DNA from: Eledone cirrhosa
Lineage: Eukaryota
Length of the DNA stretch: 64,000 nt
Assembly: GCA_964016885.1 (NCBI GenBank)
Contig: OZ024758.1
Span: 12,214,001-12,278,000 of the forward strand
Direction of reading: 5' to 3'
Under the pieces are notes generated by a model. The model searched no databases, was not told where the DNA came from, and saw nothing but the letters and a program-made list of their open reading frames with translations. The position numbers and the translations under genes were made by a program. Below, in pieces: positions 57,918 through 64,000 of the stretch. Within the stretch, counting starts at the first letter, position 1. Every line of letters starts with the position of its first letter.

Positions 57918-58822
57918 ATTTCTACATAGAATGTATATAATTTCTACACACAATATATATAATTCCTACACACAATATATATAATTTCTACACGCAATAT
58001 ATATAATTTCTACACACAATATATATAATTTCTACACCCAATGTATATAATTTCCACACACGACGAATATAATTTCTACACACGATGAATATAAATGCTA
58101 CACACAATGTATATAATTCCTACACACAATATATATAATTTCTACACCCAATGTATATAATTTCTACACACGACGAATATAATTTCTACACACGATGAAT
58201 ATAAATGCTACACACAATGTATATAATTTCTACACCGATGTATAATTTCTACACACAATATATATAATTTCTACACACAATATATATAATTTCTACACGC
58301 AATATATATAATTTCTACACACAATATATATAATTTCTACACCCAATGTATATAATTTCTACACACGACGAATATAATTTCTACACACGATGAATATAAT
58401 TTCTACACACGATGAATATAAATGCTACACACAATATATATAATTCCTACACACAATATATATAATTTCTACACGCAATATATATAATTTCTACACACAA
58501 TATATATAATTTCTACACCCAATGTATATAATTTCCACACACGACGAATATAATTTCTACACACGATGAATATAAATGCTACACACAATGTATATAATTC
58601 CTACACACAATATATATAATTTCTACACCCAATGTATATAATTTCTACACACGACGAATATAATTTCTACACACGATGAATATAAATGCTACACACAATG
58701 TATATAATTTCTACACCGATGTATATAATTTCTACACCGATGTATATAATTTCTACACCCAATGTATATAATTTCTACACACGATGTATATAATTTCTAC
58801 ACTGATGTATATAATTTCTACA
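57918..58822. repeat. ~22-bp minisatellite with higher-order structure
   Basis: Unit tataatttctacacacaatata and variants. Confidence 0.95.
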
Positions 58823-59382
58823 AACTATCCTTTCTCACCCACCTTATGAAACACAACAGAGTGTGTCAAGGTGATCATTCTCATTGCAATGAAACTATTA
58901 CACTTTTGATTTGTGCACCAACAAGCATACAGAGAGCTTAGTTAGGGCACTAGACAAACTCTGCAAAGATGAAGTTTCATGCTGAGAGAACATTCTCCCG
59001 TTATGCATATCTGACCATTAACAAACAGTGTCCTTCCATCTTCACTATCTAATATTGGCTATGAATGGAAGAACATCACACATTTCAGGGTGAAATTCAC
59101 TGCTCCCCATTTTCCACAATACTTCCCACTATAACTTACTTTCTCCAGCCATCTCCCATTCGTCTCACACACACATTGGTTTTATAAACCTCTTGCCTGA
59201 GTCACACGTTTCTCCTTTACAATATGACGAATTATATATTATTATCGCAATATCTCTCGAGTCTTTGTTATTCTGTCAGGGTATCCAATTGTTTCGAATT
59301 CATCTTAGTCACACCCATGCAATCTGTATCGGCGCACCTATCCACTCTTTCATTTACAGGGTGGTCTCTGTCCCCATAACAG

Positions 59383-59420
<38 letters not shown>

Positions 59421-59947
59421 ATAAATGATGCAAACAAAACATAGGAGGCGATATTTACACAGTTATATTAGGTTTAGCCTTGGTATGTATATGTATATAT
59501 GGGGGTGGAGATAGGGAGAAGTGTTAAATAGGGGGTTTAGGAACAAATGGGGAGAGGGCTAACGATAAGCTTGTGAGAATCATTGTCATCGTCAGGTTTA
59601 ACAACAGTGCCAAAGGAAGAGAGAGAGTGTGTACTAGGGATGAGTTTTGGTAAAATGCTGAGTGGATGAGATGAGAAAGACAAACAGACAGTAAGGTAGA
59701 GACGTGAAGTAGGTTATTTTAATACACAAAATAAACAGATCCGTTGACCAATATAGGATATACCCACTCCGATGTCGGAATTGCCATTTCTATAGGAAGT
59801 GGTGCCGCCCTGAAATAGAATTTAATACAAATACCCTCATAATATACACCCCGTAACAAAAATATCTACAAAGACATATACATGCACACATACACATATA
59901 TATATATATACAGAGAATTATATATGTATATATATATATATACAGAC

Positions 59948-60002
<55 letters not shown>

Positions 60003-60031
60003 CAATTATATATATATATATATATAGAGAC

Positions 60032-60068
<37 letters not shown>

Positions 60069-60292
60069 CAATTATATATATATATATATATATATACAGA
60101 CAATTATATATATATATATATATATAAACACACCCCGCACCAAAAATATCTACAGATATGTGCATACATATACATACACAGACAATATTATATATATACT
60201 GTGTATATACATATGTATATATATATATATTTAAAAAATAAACAGAAATAACAAATCATATGACACAGTACACTACATACATACATACATAC

Positions 60293-60338
<46 letters not shown>

Positions 60339-60666
60339 GGAATATTGCAACATCTGTAAATGTCAAACAGAATTCTATTGTGCAGTCATTTCAAAATGTC
60401 TGACTTTACTAAATGACGTAATGTTTTTCTCGTGGAAAATTCCTCTTGCTCACTTTTCAATCTTATATTTCAATATTAAGGGGATTCGTTAAATGCCGTA
60501 AGATCTTAGTAACATACTCCCATATACACATATACATACGCATCTATATATATATGTGTGTGTGTTTATATATATATATGTGTGTGTGTTTATATATATA
60601 TGTGTCTGTATGTTTATATATATACGTTTATATATATATATATGTGTGTGTGTTTATATATATATT

Positions 60667-60697
<31 letters not shown>

Positions 60698-60698
60698 T

Positions 60699-60733
<35 letters not shown>

Positions 60734-60741
60734 GTGTGTGT

Positions 60742-60791
<50 letters not shown>

Positions 60792-60792
60792 T

Positions 60793-60825
<33 letters not shown>

Positions 60826-60826
60826 T

Positions 60827-60861
<35 letters not shown>

Positions 60862-60862
60862 T

Positions 60863-60893
<31 letters not shown>

Positions 60894-60894
60894 T

Positions 60895-60931
<37 letters not shown>

Positions 60932-60932
60932 C

Positions 60933-60984
<52 letters not shown>

Positions 60985-61062
60985 TATACACAAACACACA
61001 CACATATATATATATATATACACACACAAATTTCCTCCTGTGTTTCGTTTGTTTCATTTATC

Positions 61063-61151
<89 letters not shown>

Positions 61152-61239
61152 TAAACATGTTTATACATGCCTATATATATGTATCTATGATACGACTGCA
61201 TATGTACGAAGAGAAATATATAGGTCCAAATGATGTGTA

Positions 61240-61274
<35 letters not shown>

Positions 61275-62037
61275 CTTTGTATTTGTTTTTGTTTTGTTGT
61301 TGTATGTTTGTTTGTTTCGTTTCTATCCACCATGTTTTGGTTTTTCTACATTCTCTCAGAAACTGAAGTAAGAAGCAACAATAACAAATTTAGATTCTTG
61401 CAGCTTTCGAACTATCCAAGCAGTATAAATTAGTATATGATTATAAAGGTGGAGTATTGTTTACCACAAAAATGTGCAGCATGGTGTGAGACTATTTATC
61501 AACATCTTAACTTACTGAAGCATATTTCTATGTGTGTTTATATAGAATACTGAAATGCTCTTAGATGTCTTACAATAAAATTCTCTTATCTGTATGTTTG
61601 AATGTGATTTAGTTCTGGTTAATAAAATCGATTCTTCGATTCGCCGTTAAAAATTGCTTGATTTAGGTATCCTTAAACACATGTCTAATAGATACGCTAT
61701 TGGGTTTCTAAATTATTGTTAATATCTTGACTTATGTGATTTTAATGATAGTTGGGAAGCATTTCTAGCAAAGCAAGCGACCACATAGAGGTGTGCATGA
61801 TGGCTCGCGTTTTTGTTTTGTATTTTGTGTATATGTAGGAGCATGTGTGTCTCTGTGTACATGTATGTGCGTGTACATGCATGTGTGTGTATGTGTATGT
61901 GTTCTTGTACGTGTTTGTGTTAGAGATACTTAATACTTAAGTATACCTAATTTGTAAGTGGGTACCAGAGAGTGACTGAGTCTTATAATTAGAGGAAGCA
62001 GTGAAAACTAATTTTCGCTTTTTCTATTATTGGTGCA

Positions 62038-62360
62038 GAGGTGACTTGGCAGAGTTGTTAGAACGTCAGATAGAGTACTTTGTAGTATTGGTTCCAGCTC
62101 TCTGCTCTAAGTTCAAATCCTACCGAGGTCAACTTTGCCTTTCATCCTTTCGAGGTTGATATAAAAAGTACCAGTTTAATACTGGGGCCGATTCTTCCTC
62201 TATATCTCTTTCTCACTTCCATTCTCTCACTCTCTCTAAGCTTCTTTGGAAGAAATCTGCTGCACTCAAGCCTGGAGAGGTTTAAAATAACGAAGGAACG
62301 CCGTATGCCAATATAGTGCCCCTAACATTCCTCAGAGGTTATGGGGGCATATTATACCCT
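62038..62360 (+). mobile_element. SINE family 1 core with alternative 3' tail
   Basis: gttcaaatcctaccgaggtcaactttgcctttcatcc followed by the ctatatctctttctcact...ggaagaaatctgctg tail. Confidence 0.75.
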
Positions 62361-62756
62361 TATTGGTGAGTTTCTGTCAACGATGTGAGTACAGGTATTG
62401 CCGAGCTATTAAGAATTTCGCAATGCACACACATAATTTCAAGTTCGACATCCACTGTGCAACTTCCTAGACATGTGTCTTCTAACATAGACACAAGTAA
62501 ACCACCGCCACGTGAGTAGAATTTGGTTGACTGCAATTATGTTGACTGCAAAAAAGAAAATATGGAGTTTTCTCGCTTATTTCTCTAAAGGAAAATGTTA
62601 GCTTTATTTCAACCTAATGTGGTTATATCCGATGTAAACTACATAGAAAATAATCAAAGACACGCTTTTATAAATCAAATATGCGAACAATGAGTTTTGA
62701 TACCTAAATTAGGTTTATATATATATATAAAGAATATATATTTATAAAACCATATT

Positions 62757-62817
62757 TATTTTATTATACGTATTTCAAGGGTACTAATATTTAAGTACGC
62801 TTTCGTCAGATAAAATA
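62757..62817 (-). ncRNA. Complete minimal type-I hammerhead
   Basis: Reverse complement of the 62885-62943 motif. Confidence 0.85.
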
Positions 62818-62884
62818 TATTTAGTGTTAAGATAGTGACATATCTTCATGTGAACTTAATGGTATAAGCCCAATGAAGATAGTC

Positions 62885-62943
62885 ATTTTATCTGACGAAA
62901 GCGTACTTAAATATTAGTACCCTTGAAATACGTATAATAAAAT
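62885..62943 (+). ncRNA. Complete minimal type-I hammerhead
   Basis: attttat-CTGACGA-aagcgtact..agtaccctt-GAA-ATACGTAT-A-ataaaat; predicted cleavage after 62936. Confidence 0.85.
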
Positions 62944-63136
62944 AAATATGGTTTTATAAAAATATTTTCCATTTTTTAATAATCTTAATATTAATGATAC
63001 TCCAGATAAAATACTGTAGAGTGCTTCTAATCTGTTGTAAAATTAACTCATTCTTTATAACTCAGTGTTTATATATATATATATTATATATATATATATA
63101 AATTAGAATTTTATTTCTCACCCTAGCACAGCTGAT

Positions 63137-63221
<85 letters not shown>

Positions 63222-63750
63222 CATATATATTTATATATATTTGAATTAAGTGTGTATGTCTAGGTGACATTTTGAGAGGTTTGAAAAATCAGGTAATGTG
63301 AGATGGCAATGGGGCGTGGAGGGGTTTAGGTAGAAAGAAAGAATGGATGATATATGAATGATTGAAAGACAATAGGGGACGTGAAGTACAAGAGGAAATT
63401 GAAATAATAGAAGCGTCTAGCCGTTTCAGTGCGCCTGTTTGTTATAGTATTTTAAATTTAAACTATTTTAGCATTTCAACTATTATAAATTATGCATACC
63501 GAACGATTTCTGGTCTTGTTGATGCCATTTCAGTAGAAATCTGTAAAAGGTTGTTGATATATTTTAACATTAATAACTAAATACAACTGTTTTACTAACG
63601 CGAGACATTTTGTACTTGATAAATCCATAGTAACTAGATATGTAACAAGCAGTAAATGGTTTCAACATATATTTAGATTATGTCACATGTTTCAGGTAGT
63701 TTTACAAGTCTGTCTCATACGGAAAATATATGAAAACAAAAAATATGTAG

Positions 63751-63828
<78 letters not shown>

Positions 63829-63831
<3 letters not shown>

Positions 63832-63941
63832 AAGGAAGTGTGGTAAGGAACCAGGTGGACATAACAGACCAGAGTACTCGATACTTTGGGTAGTAGAGTG
63901 GGTAATAGGAAAAGAGTCAGGACCCCGACGGCTGAGCTTCC
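63829..63941 (-). mobile_element. Family B copy between (TA)n tracts
   Basis: gtggtaaggaaccaggtggac...gagtactcgatac...gtagtagagtgggtaataggaaaagagtcaggaccccgacggctgagct. Confidence 0.8.
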
Positions 63942-63977
63942 TATATATATATGTATATATATATATACCTATATATA

Positions 63978-64000
63978 GTGAAGGCGTGTAGCTGAGTGGT
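63978..64000 (+). mobile_element. Start of a SINE family 2 copy
   Basis: gtgaaggcgtgtagctgagtggt matches the reverse complement of 14507-14529. Confidence 0.6.

Larger units (their letters stand above)
62741..62995. mobile_element. Family E inverted-repeat element with two divergent hammerheads
   Basis: ~76-bp arms around a ~68-nt spacer; homologous to 25222-25567. Confidence 0.85.

Noticed and set aside
57918-58822. Repeated AATTTCTAC resembling a Cas12a direct repeat / CRISPR array
   Set aside because: Intervening sequences are short variants of each other, not unique spacers; no cas genes; eukaryotic context.

Overview
AT-rich, microsatellite-saturated, non-genic or intronic animal DNA. 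It is most likely an octopus/cephalopod genome, inferred from the SINE families and the density of (TA)n/(GA)n/(CA)n tracts. No host protein-coding gene can be supported, and nearly all ORFs in the track are translations of dinucleotide repeats. Recognisable content: about 20 copies of a tRNA-derived SINE, a second tRNA-SINE family, decayed RTE-clade LINE fragments, hAT and Tc1/mariner-like MITEs, and several minisatellites. The main unexplained structure is a set of short (150-550 bp) non-coding elements sitting inside (TA)n tracts. They carry minimal type-I hammerhead ribozyme (HHR) motifs (stem I - CTGANGA - stem II - GAAA - palindromic stem III - NUH - stem I) and are frequently arranged as head-to-head inverted repeats. 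Seven motifs with an intact core and closed stem I, plus several degenerate or half motifs, are visible, from roughly five or more families. They show covariation of the self-complementary stem III (ATATATAT / ATACGTAT / ATGCGCAT / ACGATCGT), and some have an unusually long (~80-115 nt) stem II. The best interpretation is non-autonomous Penelope-like pseudo-LTR or retrozyme-like elements that target TA microsatellites. All coordinates were read by eye.
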